Assembly: GCA_049970055.1 (NCBI GenBank)
Contig: JBMFNR010000002.1
Coordinates: 308,406 to 372,405, forward strand
From: Fervidobacterium sp.
GTDB taxonomy: Bacteria; Thermotogota; Thermotogae; Thermotogales; Fervidobacteriaceae
Direction: 5' to 3'
Length of the DNA stretch: 64,000 nucleotides
Shown here: piece after piece, positions 19,731 through 29,621 of the stretch
Position numbering within the stretch: position 1 is the first letter of the stretch
How the letters are laid out: every line of letters begins with the position of its first letter
Made by a program: the position numbers and the translations under genes
Notes under the pieces: model-generated
Seen by the model: the letters and a program-made list of their open reading frames with translations, nothing else
Database searches by the model: none
What the model was told of the DNA's origin: nothing

Positions 19731-20761
19731 TGAATGAGTATGGAGGGAAAAAAATGGTAAGTTTTGAATATAGTGGTAAGATCGAAGAATTTACGCAAGG
19801 TTATATAATGAAATCAAAGAGGTTTAGAGGTCTTTATGTAAGATTCAAAACGCTCTACCCAAATCCTGTGAAAGGAACAGAACTTGTGGAATATTACATG
19901 TTTGACCCCAAAGAAGATCCTGTTGGTATTCTTTTTATACTCCACGGTCTTGGCACGTCCAACATTCCATTTTTACTTTGGATGGCAACTCACCTTGCTA
20001 ATGCCGGTGTTAGGGTCGTATTCCCCATACTTCCAGGTAATTTCACGCGTGTAGCACACAATTCTGTAAGTGGGAAAGACTTTTTTGATACAGATGTCGA
20101 AAGATCAACGAAGTTTTGGGAGCAATCGGTAATTGATGTAATAAGCATTGTTGATCATATCAAAGATCAAGGTTTATGGGTCAACAATGCCTGCTTATTC
20201 GGTTTTTGCCTCGGTGGCATGGTGTCTGTGATGATAAATGCAGTAAGAAACGACTTTGACAAAACTATTTTAATGACTGTTGGGGGTGAAATGGCGACGT
20301 TGATGTGGCATTCCCCAACCCTTGCATTTTTTAGAAGAAGTGTTGAAAAGCTCAAAGAAACAGGAAAAATAAAACATTTCATTGAAGATCAAAAAAAGAT
20401 GGAGGAGATATTTGAGCAAGAGTTGGGAATACTCCATAACTTTAAAAGTGTGAAAGAAATGCAAGAGAGTAATATTCATCCCTACCTTAAGTTAGATCCA
20501 ATTGCGTATGCTCAGTTTGTGGATAAAGAAAAGATAATATTTGTAGAAGCACTATTTGACAAAGCCCTACCTAGAAGGAGTAGAAAATTGCTATGGTATG
20601 CACTTGGAAAGCCGAAAAGATATGTGATCCCAAGTGGACATGTTACGTGGTTACCACTTCAATTTTTTGTCGCAAGGTTCATTTTGCAGAATATGGGCGT
20701 AAGGGAATTTAAAAAGCAGATGGAAATTTTAAAGAAAATTGATCTGGAAGAAAAAAAGTAA
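19730..20761 (+). CDS. Alpha/beta hydrolase with Cys at the nucleophile elbow
   Basis: ILHGLG, GFCLGG, ALFDKAL, PSGHVT; start may be 19754. Confidence 0.75.
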   Translation: MNEYGGKKMVSFEYSGKIEEFTQGYIMKSKRFRGLYVRFKTLYPNPVKGTELVEYYMFDPKEDPVGILFILHGLGTSNIPFLLWMATHLANAGVRVVFPILPGNFTRVAHNSVSGKDFFDTDVERSTKFWEQSVIDVISIVDHIKDQGLWVNNACLFGFCLGGMVSVMINAVRNDFDKTILMTVGGEMATLMWHSPTLAFFRRSVEKLKETGKIKHFIEDQKKMEEIFEQELGILHNFKSVKEMQESNIHPYLKLDPIAYAQFVDKEKIIFVEALFDKALPRRSRKLLWYALGKPKRYVIPSGHVTWLPLQFFVARFILQNMGVREFKKQMEILKKIDLEEKK

Positions 20762-20774
20762 ACTCAAAATAAAC

Positions 20775-21236
20775 TCAAAAACCAGGCCAACCAAAATCGA
20801 ATGAACCACCAAATGCCGTTTTCTGACCGTTTTTAAACACATCCATGCTGACAGTTATAAATCTCTCAACACTCTCGTATACTGTCGTTGTTGATGTTAA
20901 TGAATATTGTATTGTTCTCTCGGAATCATTCAAGTTAATCTTTATATAGTCATCTATCGAAAATCCAGTTACTGGTCCGCTGTCTTTTAGGATGCTACCT
21001 ACGTTAGAGTACTGAATTTCATCCCAAAATGCACCATTATCTGTTAAAAACTTTGTCCAGATGTTTGCAGATGAGATCATGAGTAATCTGGCTTTCGAAT
21101 TGTCAAGAGAAGCCTGAATGCGTGATTCCACTTCTATAGTTTCTCTCATAACACTTGAGATTACGGTAGCAGATAAACTTGCAAGTAAGAAAATCAGTAA
21201 GGAAATAGATATGGTTATTATACCTCTTTTGTACAC
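20775..21236 (-). CDS. PilX/GspK-like minor pilin
   Basis: KRG|IITISISLLIFLL class III signal lacking E+5; last gene of the pilin cluster. Confidence 0.55.
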   Translation of the reverse strand: MYKRGIITISISLLIFLLASLSATVISSVMRETIEVESRIQASLDNSKARLLMISSANIWTKFLTDNGAFWDEIQYSNVGSILKDSGPVTGFSIDDYIKINLNDSERTIQYSLTSTTTVYESVERFITVSMDVFKNGQKTAFGGSFDFGWPGF

Positions 21237-21256
21237 TTTTTTTCACCTCACGAGTG

Positions 21257-22342
21257 TTATTGTATAGCTTTTGGAATTATTATGAGCCGTGTTTTCGTGA
21301 GAATTGCATCGTTTTTTGATAGATTCTTCCATGGTGCTTCCCAATTCACCGTAAATTTAATTCCAACGATGTAGTCTTTTATACTTCGGACAGCTGGACC
21401 GTATTTATACGTATTCCAGTCGTCTCTGTTATCAAACCGTATTTCTGCTAAATTTCCAGAGGAGTAATACACAAGACTCCCTTCAAAATTTGTTACATTA
21501 TCAAGTAATTTAACAGTGTAGGTATTTTGAGATAAATCTGTTGATGGAAGGAAACGTGTCATAGTAATTTCTTTTGTTTGTGAATTATATTCGATTTTCA
21601 CTTGTCTGAATGTTTTTGTCGTGTACCCAAAGTTAAAGATGGTATTTTTAAATCTTGCGATGGGAACAATGTAAAAATAATTTTTATACTTTGGATCAGA
21701 AGACTCTGGGTTTAGCACTATCTCACTTGGTGGATTCGTTGATGCGATCTCCTTTACAATAAAAGAGTCAGTAGGACTTACTTGAATCAGTGAATTCACT
21801 GGTGCTCCGTTTTTATAGAATAGTAACTTTGCGTATCGCGGTGTATATGTTGGAGCGGATGGGGAGATGGCATTTTTTAAAATGCACCAGCCGGCTAGAA
21901 GGTATCCTGTTGTTGTTGGTCTGTAAGTTTTTGTTGTTGTATCATATTTGAGCATAACGGGTGATGGTAGTATATACGTTACGTAAATAGCAAATCCTGT
22001 CGTTGTTTTTTCTATATCTAAGCTATTGTATAGCCAAAGTTTATCTGTTATTTCAGTGTAAACTGTCCCGTCTGGTTTCAGCAATTTGCCGTCATTCGAA
22101 AAAGCATTCGCACCTTCTCTCATTAATAGGGTTGAACCGCTACCTGTCCATTTCAGTTCGCCTTCTAAAACATCAAATAAGAAATCTACATAACTTTGTG
22201 CATACAGTGTTTGCAACGTAGCTCTTGTTATCTGGTATGATTTCAAGGTAGAGTCCGTTATCGATACTAAAATTGCGAAGAATATCGAGATAATTATAAG
22301 CACTACTAAAACTTCTGACAAAGTATATCCACTTTTTCCCAT
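21257..22342 (-). CDS. Prepilin-type N-terminal cleavage protein (PilW-like)
   Basis: MGKSG|YTLSEVLVVLIII. Confidence 0.8.
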   Translation of the reverse strand: MGKSGYTLSEVLVVLIIISIFFAILVSITDSTLKSYQITRATLQTLYAQSYVDFLFDVLEGELKWTGSGSTLLMREGANAFSNDGKLLKPDGTVYTEITDKLWLYNSLDIEKTTTGFAIYVTYILPSPVMLKYDTTTKTYRPTTTGYLLAGWCILKNAISPSAPTYTPRYAKLLFYKNGAPVNSLIQVSPTDSFIVKEIASTNPPSEIVLNPESSDPKYKNYFYIVPIARFKNTIFNFGYTTKTFRQVKIEYNSQTKEITMTRFLPSTDLSQNTYTVKLLDNVTNFEGSLVYYSSGNLAEIRFDNRDDWNTYKYGPAVRSIKDYIVGIKFTVNWEAPWKNLSKNDAILTKTRLIIIPKAIQ

Positions 22343-22362
22343 GCTATCACCACTCACACCAC

Positions 22363-22908
22363 TCATTTTTCTAAGATCTTTGGATAAGAGTCTTCTATTA
22401 TTATTGCTATGCTTTTATCACCAATAACAAATTCAAACGTAGCATTTGAGTAGTCTAAGCTCATTGTATTAGACTTATCTTTACGTACGAATATCCCATC
22501 TACTGTGTAAAGGTCGGTTATAGATTGAACCTCTTTGCCGTTTAATTTTACAATTATTTCTTGATAGTCCTTGTCATTAAGGCTCAAAGAAGAAATAGAT
22601 ACCTGGTTGTCTGGAGTTCCATCTAGATCGTTGTCTACGAATGAAGAGAATGTCCTATTTTCGTATTTTATGCATACAACATCACTTCCGTTAAAACCAG
22701 TTTTTCTGGCATCGGATAGTAAAAAGAAAAATTTTTGTGAAACGTTTAAAAGTTTTGCTTCCTTTGGAAGAACACTCGACATTTTGTAGTAAAGTGGAAT
22801 AGAAATAGCCATGAGTAGAGATATTAACAAAATGGCGACCATAAGCTCTGTAAATGTGTATCCTTTGGAATAATTGATTCTTAGTTTTTTTCTGGATAAT
22901 CTTACCAT
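22363..22908 (-). CDS. Prepilin-type protein (FimU/GspH-like)
   Basis: KG|YTFTELMVAILLISLL; LSDARK; FVDNDLDG. Confidence 0.8.
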   Translation of the reverse strand: MVRLSRKKLRINYSKGYTFTELMVAILLISLLMAISIPLYYKMSSVLPKEAKLLNVSQKFFFLLSDARKTGFNGSDVVCIKYENRTFSSFVDNDLDGTPDNQVSISSLSLNDKDYQEIIVKLNGKEVQSITDLYTVDGIFVRKDKSNTMSLDYSNATFEFVIGDKSIAIIIEDSYPKILEK

Positions 22909-23330
22909 TGTTGAGGCACCACCTGTGTTTCAAGATACCTTCCTTTGGAATCTGTTACTCTAATCACCACAACGGTTACAGGGTTTGTTTTTATGTTTGG
23001 TGGTTTTGATACGCTCGTGTATGTATTTGAAGATTGGTTATAATTAAAATATTTAAAGTTGGATGATAGATCTGTACTCACTTTTTTTACTGAAATTGTA
23101 TATTGCTGACCTTTGTATGTAATACTTTGTGTATTCTCGAATATTTGGGTCTGATTTAACGTTGATATTTCTTCGCATTTATTAATTAAAAGTTCCAACA
23201 TGTTTAGAATTATTCTATTTTCATAGACTTTTTTTAAAAGGTTATACGAACTCACCATACTTACTCCAATTGCTAGTGAAGTAATCAGTATTGCTATCAA
23301 AGCTTCAACTAATAAAGAGCCTGGCTTCAT
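22902..23330 (-). CDS. Prepilin-type protein (PilV-like)
   Basis: MKPG|SLLVEALIAILI; RBS GAGGT. Confidence 0.7.
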   Translation of the reverse strand: MKPGSLLVEALIAILITSLAIGVSMVSSYNLLKKVYENRIILNMLELLINKCEEISTLNQTQIFENTQSITYKGQQYTISVKKVSTDLSSNFKYFNYNQSSNTYTSVSKPPNIKTNPVTVVVIRVTDSKGRYLETQVVPQQW

Positions 23331-23335
23331 ATCAA

Positions 23336-25126
23336 TTACCTCTCTTTTGTCCAATTGAAACCGCGTATGATTACCCTTGCAGGTTCAGTCCATATTCTGT
23401 ACGTTACTTTTGTCAAATGCGGAGCTTGGGTTTTACTTAATGCTTTGAGAACAATGATCACTTGTGGATCGGGGGATGGAGTATCCAGGATCGCTCTTGC
23501 AACAAACTTTTTTGACAGTGGTATGGGCATATACGTTTGCATCTGTTGCATCGTAGACGCATCCAACATGAGCGGAAAATTAGAAGGAACGATCAGCGAA
23601 GGATCTGTTATTAGTTTTTTGGAGTATCTCAGTTCGAAGTATCCTACACCGCTTTCAAGAAATTCAACCTCTACTTCGAAAGCCCTCACAAAATTATTCT
23701 GAAGCAACAACTTGGGAATACCAATGACAATATTTCCATCAGGGTATTTGTAATCCACTAAGTTGACCAATCTGTCACTAACCATAATCCCATCTGTAAG
23801 TTTGTATTCATTTACCGTTTGTGTCAGAATTTTGTAATAATTTCCAGAGTGATTACCATCCGCAGCAACGAAATCGGGTATGCCATCGTTATCAAGATCG
23901 CCTATCGTTCCAGCATCAAAATCGTACGGGGGTTTGTTTTCTGCAGAATAACTTCCATGAACAAGTTCCAAGCTTAAAAATTGCGGAATTCCAGTTGCAG
24001 TAAAATTTTTACCTTTGAAGAGATAAACGGAGCCTCCAAAGTTTTTGCCTTGTCTCCAAGCATCTGTACCAACAAATACATCTGGAACACCATCTCTATC
24101 AACGTCCGTGACTTTTATAATGGTCGGTGCAAACGAGGGCAACGTGGATGGTGACTTTGAATTTAGAATGCTACTGTCAACAGTAGCTATATTTCCAAGT
24201 GTTCCGTCTGCCTTTACAAGTGTTATTTTTGTATTTACGTCATACACAATTTGATTATTCACAATCTTTCCGGGGTATATAAATATATTCTTTTTATCGG
24301 TATTTCCAGCTATTATGTCTGGAACCCCGTCTTTATTTACGTCATAAACATCGAGTACTGCGCCTCCGTTGGATGCCGTTGTACCGATATCAGGATCATC
24401 TATCAATTTTATAAACTGCGTATTAAAGAATCTATCTTTACCTTTCGAATTGTTATTCTTCCAGAGCCAAACTCTTCCTCTCATGTCTGCGTATACGATA
24501 TCTTTGTATCCATCTCCATCAAAATCATATGAAGCCATGGCACTAACCGTCCAGTTTGTGAGAAAGTCCGATAGATTGTAAGGTACGTTCTTTGTGTAAA
24601 TTTTTGGTGTATTTTGAATGGCATTTGGGACATAAGCAGCTTGATAATGAGCATTATAAAGAAAAATATCAACTTTTCCATCGTTGTCAAAATCATCAAC
24701 AATAAATGTACCGTCACCAGCTATTCCAAGGTTGTAAGAGATATAATCTTCGATTTGAAGATTATTGTTTATTATTCCTTTGTTTTGTTTTATTACAACT
24801 TTTCCTCCATAAGTTATACTCACAATATCAGCATAACCGTCTTTGTTGTAATCAACAGCGAAAGTTTGTGAGACATCTGTAAAAGGGCCAGAACCAGGAG
24901 AGGCTGTTATTGTATTTATTTGATATGCAATAACAGCAACGAGTTTATCAGATACCGTTCTTAATGAAATATCCTTTGCGTAAACGCATCCTAAAGCAGA
25001 TTCTGGTTTAGATTGATCATAATTAGATATGGGGTATGTCTTTGAGTAATTTGGCTTTGACCAATCAATTGAAAAAATTGTGGAGACAATTATCAGTAAA
25101 CTAATTGATAAAAGCCTTAGTCTCAT
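23336..25126 (-). CDS. Secreted FG-GAP/VCBS-repeat beta-propeller protein (putative pilus-tip adhesin)
   Basis: Signal peptide; six D-x-D/N-x-DG-xx-D repeats (DYNKDGYAD, DFDNDGKVD, DFDGDGYKD, DVNKDGVPD, DVDRDGVPD, DLDNDGIPD). Confidence 0.8.
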   Translation of the reverse strand: MRLRLLSISLLIIVSTIFSIDWSKPNYSKTYPISNYDQSKPESALGCVYAKDISLRTVSDKLVAVIAYQINTITASPGSGPFTDVSQTFAVDYNKDGYADIVSITYGGKVVIKQNKGIINNNLQIEDYISYNLGIAGDGTFIVDDFDNDGKVDIFLYNAHYQAAYVPNAIQNTPKIYTKNVPYNLSDFLTNWTVSAMASYDFDGDGYKDIVYADMRGRVWLWKNNNSKGKDRFFNTQFIKLIDDPDIGTTASNGGAVLDVYDVNKDGVPDIIAGNTDKKNIFIYPGKIVNNQIVYDVNTKITLVKADGTLGNIATVDSSILNSKSPSTLPSFAPTIIKVTDVDRDGVPDVFVGTDAWRQGKNFGGSVYLFKGKNFTATGIPQFLSLELVHGSYSAENKPPYDFDAGTIGDLDNDGIPDFVAADGNHSGNYYKILTQTVNEYKLTDGIMVSDRLVNLVDYKYPDGNIVIGIPKLLLQNNFVRAFEVEVEFLESGVGYFELRYSKKLITDPSLIVPSNFPLMLDASTMQQMQTYMPIPLSKKFVARAILDTPSPDPQVIIVLKALSKTQAPHLTKVTYRIWTEPARVIIRGFNWTKER

Positions 25127-25202
25127 TTTCTCGCCTCCGAGTTTAGAGATTAACACATAAACAGTTACATTTTGACTATTCTATCACGAAAGTTATCTAA
25201 AA

Positions 25203-25241
25203 ACAAAACAGGGGAATTTTTACAAAACCCCCTGTTTTGTT
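25203..25241 (-). terminator. Intrinsic terminator after pepV
   Basis: AACAAAACAGGGG...CCCCTGTTTTGTT inverted repeat. Confidence 0.7.
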
Positions 25242-25299
25242 ATTGTGTTATTTTGCTTGTCTATTTTTAGCATGTATTTATTCTGTATTTACTGTATAT

Positions 25300-26691
25300 T
25301 TACTCCGTAAGCCATCTATAGATAAGTTTTGTATAGATTTTCACGAACTTCTTGAACGATTCTAGTGACCAATTTTCGTTTGGTTCGTGCATATGTGTCT
25401 CTTCACCAGGGAATACTGCACCATAAGCTACTCCGTATGGTACACTTCTTGCGTACGTACCGCCACCAATTGAAATTGGTTGCGTTTCGTCTTTTGTCTC
25501 AGAATAATAAATTTCCATAAGCATTTTGATAAAATCACTATCTTTTGAAACATAAAGTGGTTTGCTGTAGCTTGTTCGTTCGATTTCGAACTTACTCAAA
25601 GATTCTTTTATCTGTGACGTTATCATATCTACATTAAAAAATATTGGATGCCTTATGTTGATGATTGCTACTATTTTGTTATTTTCTAATTTAAGGATCC
25701 CTAAGTTACAGGTGAGTTTTTTACTAATATCATCCTGACCAGATATACTCAGTCCAATACCGTAGTAATCTTTCCCAAGTTTTTCATAAAGTGTTCTGAT
25801 TATTTTACTATCTTCGCCCAGATCCAATCTTGATAGTAATTCAAGCATGCCAGCTGCTGCATTTAGTCCCGCCTCTGGATGTGCACCGTGTGCCGATTTG
25901 CCGTAAGATTTTATCGTTATCTTATCACCATCGATCTTGTATTCGTACCTGCATGAGTTCTTGTAATTTTCAACAACATACGCAATTTCTCTAACTTTAT
26001 CGCTTTCAATTACCGCAGTACATTCTTCTGGTACAACATTTGCCGCCGTTCCCGCTTTAAGGTCTATTAACTTTGTCGAATAGTCATTTTTAATTGATCC
26101 TGTTATTTTGTAAGTAACAATTCCCTTCTCAGCAAAAACGACTGGAAAATCACCATCTGGTGTCACTGCAGCATAAGGATATGGTTGTTTTGTGAAATAA
26201 TATTTCAAACACTGTGATCCATTTTCTTCGTTTGTGCCAAAGATAACTCTTACTCTATTTTTTGGTTTATCTACTAACTCAGAGGCTATCTTTAGTGCAA
26301 ATAACGCACCGATGCTTGGACCTTTGTCATCCGATACTCCTCTGCCGTATATTTTCCCATCTCTTATCGAAAGTGTATAAGGGTCTGATTCCCATCGTTC
26401 AATATCACCTTCAGGTACAACATCTAAATGTCCAAGAATTCCATAAAGCTTTCCACCACTACCATATTCTACATGCCCTGCATAATTATCAACGTTAACA
26501 GGTTCAAAACCGAGTTCTTTTGCTATCAAGAGTGTTTCTTCTAATGCCTTTGCCGGTCCTTCTCCAAAAGGCATTCCGTCCTTAGGTTCTCCCATAACTG
26601 AACGAATTTTAATTACTCTACCAAGCGTTGTCAAAACATCATCGAAATATTTGTTCACAAGTTCGTTGATTTTCAGATCAATACTTTCCAT
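25300..26691 (-). CDS. pepV: M20 family dipeptidase PepV
   Basis: GHLDVVP, YGRGVSDDKGP, GTNEENG, GKSAHG, IGGGTYAR, MHEPNE. Confidence 0.9.
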   Translation of the reverse strand: MESIDLKINELVNKYFDDVLTTLGRVIKIRSVMGEPKDGMPFGEGPAKALEETLLIAKELGFEPVNVDNYAGHVEYGSGGKLYGILGHLDVVPEGDIERWESDPYTLSIRDGKIYGRGVSDDKGPSIGALFALKIASELVDKPKNRVRVIFGTNEENGSQCLKYYFTKQPYPYAAVTPDGDFPVVFAEKGIVTYKITGSIKNDYSTKLIDLKAGTAANVVPEECTAVIESDKVREIAYVVENYKNSCRYEYKIDGDKITIKSYGKSAHGAHPEAGLNAAAGMLELLSRLDLGEDSKIIRTLYEKLGKDYYGIGLSISGQDDISKKLTCNLGILKLENNKIVAIINIRHPIFFNVDMITSQIKESLSKFEIERTSYSKPLYVSKDSDFIKMLMEIYYSETKDETQPISIGGGTYARSVPYGVAYGAVFPGEETHMHEPNENWSLESFKKFVKIYTKLIYRWLTE

Positions 26692-26721
26692 TGCACAATC
26701 CCTCCTTTAATGTGATTTTCA

Positions 26722-27771
26722 TTACAACAGTTCGTGGTATTTTCTTGCCATTCTCATTATCACATATGGAAGTGTTGGAGACAAATGATATGCATTCTTT
26801 ATTATCGCCATTTTTGAGTGAAAAACGCTATTGTTAGTATCTAAATGTGTTTTGTGTATATACTTTTCGATATCTTTTCTACTGGTAATTTTTCTCCAAT
26901 CTATGTAATTAAGTTTGTTGTAAGCTAATATACCTAAGGTTTGCGTGTAAGCCAATGGAAGTGAGTAGTTTTCTATGTGCACTACCAATTCATTTGCGTT
27001 AAGTGTTAAAAAGAATTTTCTCAACCTTCTCATAACTCCCACATAGTGGAACATACTTAGGCTCTTCGTTTTTGTTGCGGAAGACTTTCTGTACAGCCAG
27101 TAATACACGTAATCATCACAAAATGCAATTTTCTTCGAATAATAAAAAAGTTTTGCGATGAACTCAAAGTCTTCTGCAATTTTAACACCAGGGGTGAACC
27201 ATATGTTATTTTCTACAATGATTTTCTTTTCAAACAGGATATTTCCCAGATGGATAAATGGCTTGTAGGTAAGAAAATTCTTTATCAATTCTATTTTATC
27301 CACAACACTACCATCTACCCTCCCCAGTTCATCAGAAATCATTATTTGCCTACCTTTTGATGTTTTCATTACAAATTTACCGAATGATATATTTGCATTC
27401 ACCGAAACTAATGTCTTGTAAAGTTTTTCAGTTGACTGCTCGGGCACAATATCATCGCCATCTATGAATCTGATATACTTACCATTTGAATATTTTATGC
27501 CTACGTTCCGAGCAATACTTACTCCACTATTTTGTTGATTAATAACCGTCCAACTGACTTTCTTGTTCAGTGTTTCTTTTACAATTTGAGAAGTTTTATC
27601 TTTCGAGCCATCATTGACAACAATTACCTCGGAATTTCTAAAAGTTTGTGCCAAAATACTTTCAAGTGTTTTCGAAATATATTTTTCGACATTGTAAGCC
27701 GGTATAACGTACGAAATCAATGGTTCTTCATCGTTTAATTTAAATCTTTCTACGTTTATTATGCCCAACAT
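26722..27771 (-). CDS. Glycosyltransferase family 2
   Basis: IPAYNVEKYI, VVNDGSKD, GVSIARNVG, FIDGDD, EDFEF. Confidence 0.92.
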   Translation of the reverse strand: MLGIINVERFKLNDEEPLISYVIPAYNVEKYISKTLESILAQTFRNSEVIVVNDGSKDKTSQIVKETLNKKVSWTVINQQNSGVSIARNVGIKYSNGKYIRFIDGDDIVPEQSTEKLYKTLVSVNANISFGKFVMKTSKGRQIMISDELGRVDGSVVDKIELIKNFLTYKPFIHLGNILFEKKIIVENNIWFTPGVKIAEDFEFIAKLFYYSKKIAFCDDYVYYWLYRKSSATKTKSLSMFHYVGVMRRLRKFFLTLNANELVVHIENYSLPLAYTQTLGILAYNKLNYIDWRKITSRKDIEKYIHKTHLDTNNSVFHSKMAIIKNAYHLSPTLPYVIMRMARKYHELL

Positions 27772-27907
27772 CTCCTTTCTGCTTATTTTTATACAATTTT
27801 ATAATTTTAAACCTGAACTTTCAAGATACAATTGTGAAATAAATGATAGGATAAAGATCCCCCTCAAAACTCCAGGGGGAAAAATTTAAAGGATATTAAG
27901 TATATAT

Positions 27908-28918
27908 TTAAAATCTTACTGCAACACTCTCTCTTTTTATCAATTCAACAGGTACAACCAACTCAGTTACGATCTTTTCCTTGATAGTTTTTATTAAAGA
28001 ATTAAACGCTTCTGCCCCAAGTTTTAATTTGTCAACTCTCACAGTTGTAAGTGAAGGTGTCACAATAGATGCGAATTGAATATCGTCAAAACCAAGTAAA
28101 GAAACATCTTCTGGAACTTTTATACTCTTTTCTTTTAGAACTTTCAAAACTGCTAATGCGTATATATCATTGTAACATATTACCGCATCGAAGTTTTTCG
28201 TTTTTGAAATATATTTTTCGAATATTTCGTAAGCATTATCAAAACCTTCGTATGATCTAATAACTCTAATCTTGGCATCTTTGTTGTGTTCTTTTAATGC
28301 CTTTTTTGCACCTTTTTCTCTCATCTTTGCGGCAAATTTGTATTCCATACCATTAAGAAATAGAATATTTTTGTGCCCTGTTTCGAGAAGATATTTCATA
28401 GCTATATAACCGCCATTTTCATCATCACTATACACATAGTTCGTTGTTATACCATCCAACTTACTCCCTACTATTACGTTAGGAATATGATTTTCTACAA
28501 GTTCCCGTATATCTTCTGTCTGAGACTGTATTGCTGTGATTATTAGTCCATCAACTCTGCGTTGTAGCAATGTTTTTATAGCTCTTACTTCGTTCTCGTA
28601 ATTTCTGTCTGTATTGATGAGTATAATACTGTAGCCATTCTTTCTTGCTTCTATTTCAATGCCTTTTACAAGCTCAGCATAAAATGGGTTTGAATTATCT
28701 GCAACAATGACACCAATAATCCCTGAGTGTTTAGTTCTAAGCGAAGAAGCGGCACAATTACGTGTATATCCCAGCTCCTGAGCTATCCTTATTATATTTT
28801 CTTTTGTTTTTTGAGCTACGTACCCTTTGTTGCTAAGAGCTCTTGAAACTGTTATTATAGATACTCCAGCTGCTCTTGCAATATCTTTTATGGTAACAAA
28901 GCTTTTCGTGCGTTCCAT
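27908..28918 (-). CDS. LacI family transcriptional regulator
   Basis: TIKDIARAAGVSIITVSRAL; SNPFYA; VPEDVSLLGFDD; PSLTTV. Confidence 0.96.
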   Translation of the reverse strand: MERTKSFVTIKDIARAAGVSIITVSRALSNKGYVAQKTKENIIRIAQELGYTRNCAASSLRTKHSGIIGVIVADNSNPFYAELVKGIEIEARKNGYSIILINTDRNYENEVRAIKTLLQRRVDGLIITAIQSQTEDIRELVENHIPNVIVGSKLDGITTNYVYSDDENGGYIAMKYLLETGHKNILFLNGMEYKFAAKMREKGAKKALKEHNKDAKIRVIRSYEGFDNAYEIFEKYISKTKNFDAVICYNDIYALAVLKVLKEKSIKVPEDVSLLGFDDIQFASIVTPSLTTVRVDKLKLGAEAFNSLIKTIKEKIVTELVVPVELIKRESVAVRF

Positions 28919-29397
28919 TACTTATAGTTTTCCTCCTCTATTTCTTTTATTTTATTTTGTGCTCCCCTAAGTAATTCTTGCCTCCACTCTTCTAAACCCT
29001 CTGTAAAAGAAGCGTTTAGCCATCTTTCAACCATATCACATGCTTGCTCTGGTGCAACTACCCACCCACCCATCGTTAGCACATTTGCGTTGTTGATAAC
29101 CTTAGCCATCCTTGAAGTGTAGCTTCCTTCAACCGCAACAGCGTATATCCCTTTGAATTTATTCGCAACTATTGACATTCCCGCTCCCGTTCCGCAGATC
29201 AGTATTCCCCTCTCGTATTCACCAGATTGGATTTTTCGTGCAACTCTTGGCGCAACTTCGTAGAAAGGCAACCAGTTATCTAAGTCCTTTGTCCCAACAT
29301 CTTCAACTTCATATCCTCTTGATTCAAGGAATTTTTTTATTAATTCTTTTAAGTTGTATCCAGATTTATCAGAACCGATTACTATACGTTTTGTCAT
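28918..29397 (-). CDS. RpiB/LacA/LacB family sugar-phosphate isomerase
   Basis: IGSDKSG, GILICGTGAGMSIVANKFKGI, NNANVLTMG. Confidence 0.92.
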   Translation of the reverse strand: MTKRIVIGSDKSGYNLKELIKKFLESRGYEVEDVGTKDLDNWLPFYEVAPRVARKIQSGEYERGILICGTGAGMSIVANKFKGIYAVAVEGSYTSRMAKVINNANVLTMGGWVVAPEQACDMVERWLNASFTEGLEEWRQELLRGAQNKIKEIEEENYK

Positions 29398-29399
29398 CT

Positions 29400-29621
29400 T
29401 TACCCCCCCTTTTTTTGGTAATAATGTTTGTACTCAATTTTTGGTATAGGATTGATACCTTTCCAGTTCATAACCTCCATAATCTCGTCAGTCCAGTGAC
29501 CTTTTACTATGGGAAAATGATGCTCAACTTTGTTTACGAGTATTGTATTGATGAGGTCAACCACCTTAACCTCTTCGCCAAGGTATTTTAATTTTCCAAG
29601 CCACCCACGACTTCCGTCGTA
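29400..29621 (-). pseudogene. Orphan 3' remnant resembling the C-terminus of an L-fucose/L-arabinose isomerase family protein
   Basis: Start-less frame YDGSRGWLGKLKYLGEEVKVVDLINTILVNKVEHHFPIVKGHWTDEIMEVMNWKGINPIPKIEYKHYYQKKGG*; TAA at 29402-29400 sits just upstream of the rpiB-family ATG; absent from the ORF track. Confidence 0.7.

Noticed and set aside
36..25126. One combined competence system linking the nuclease operon and the pilin cassette
   Set aside because: They are separated by more than 11 kb of unrelated genes, with no comEA/comEC/dprA and no shared regulatory motif seen
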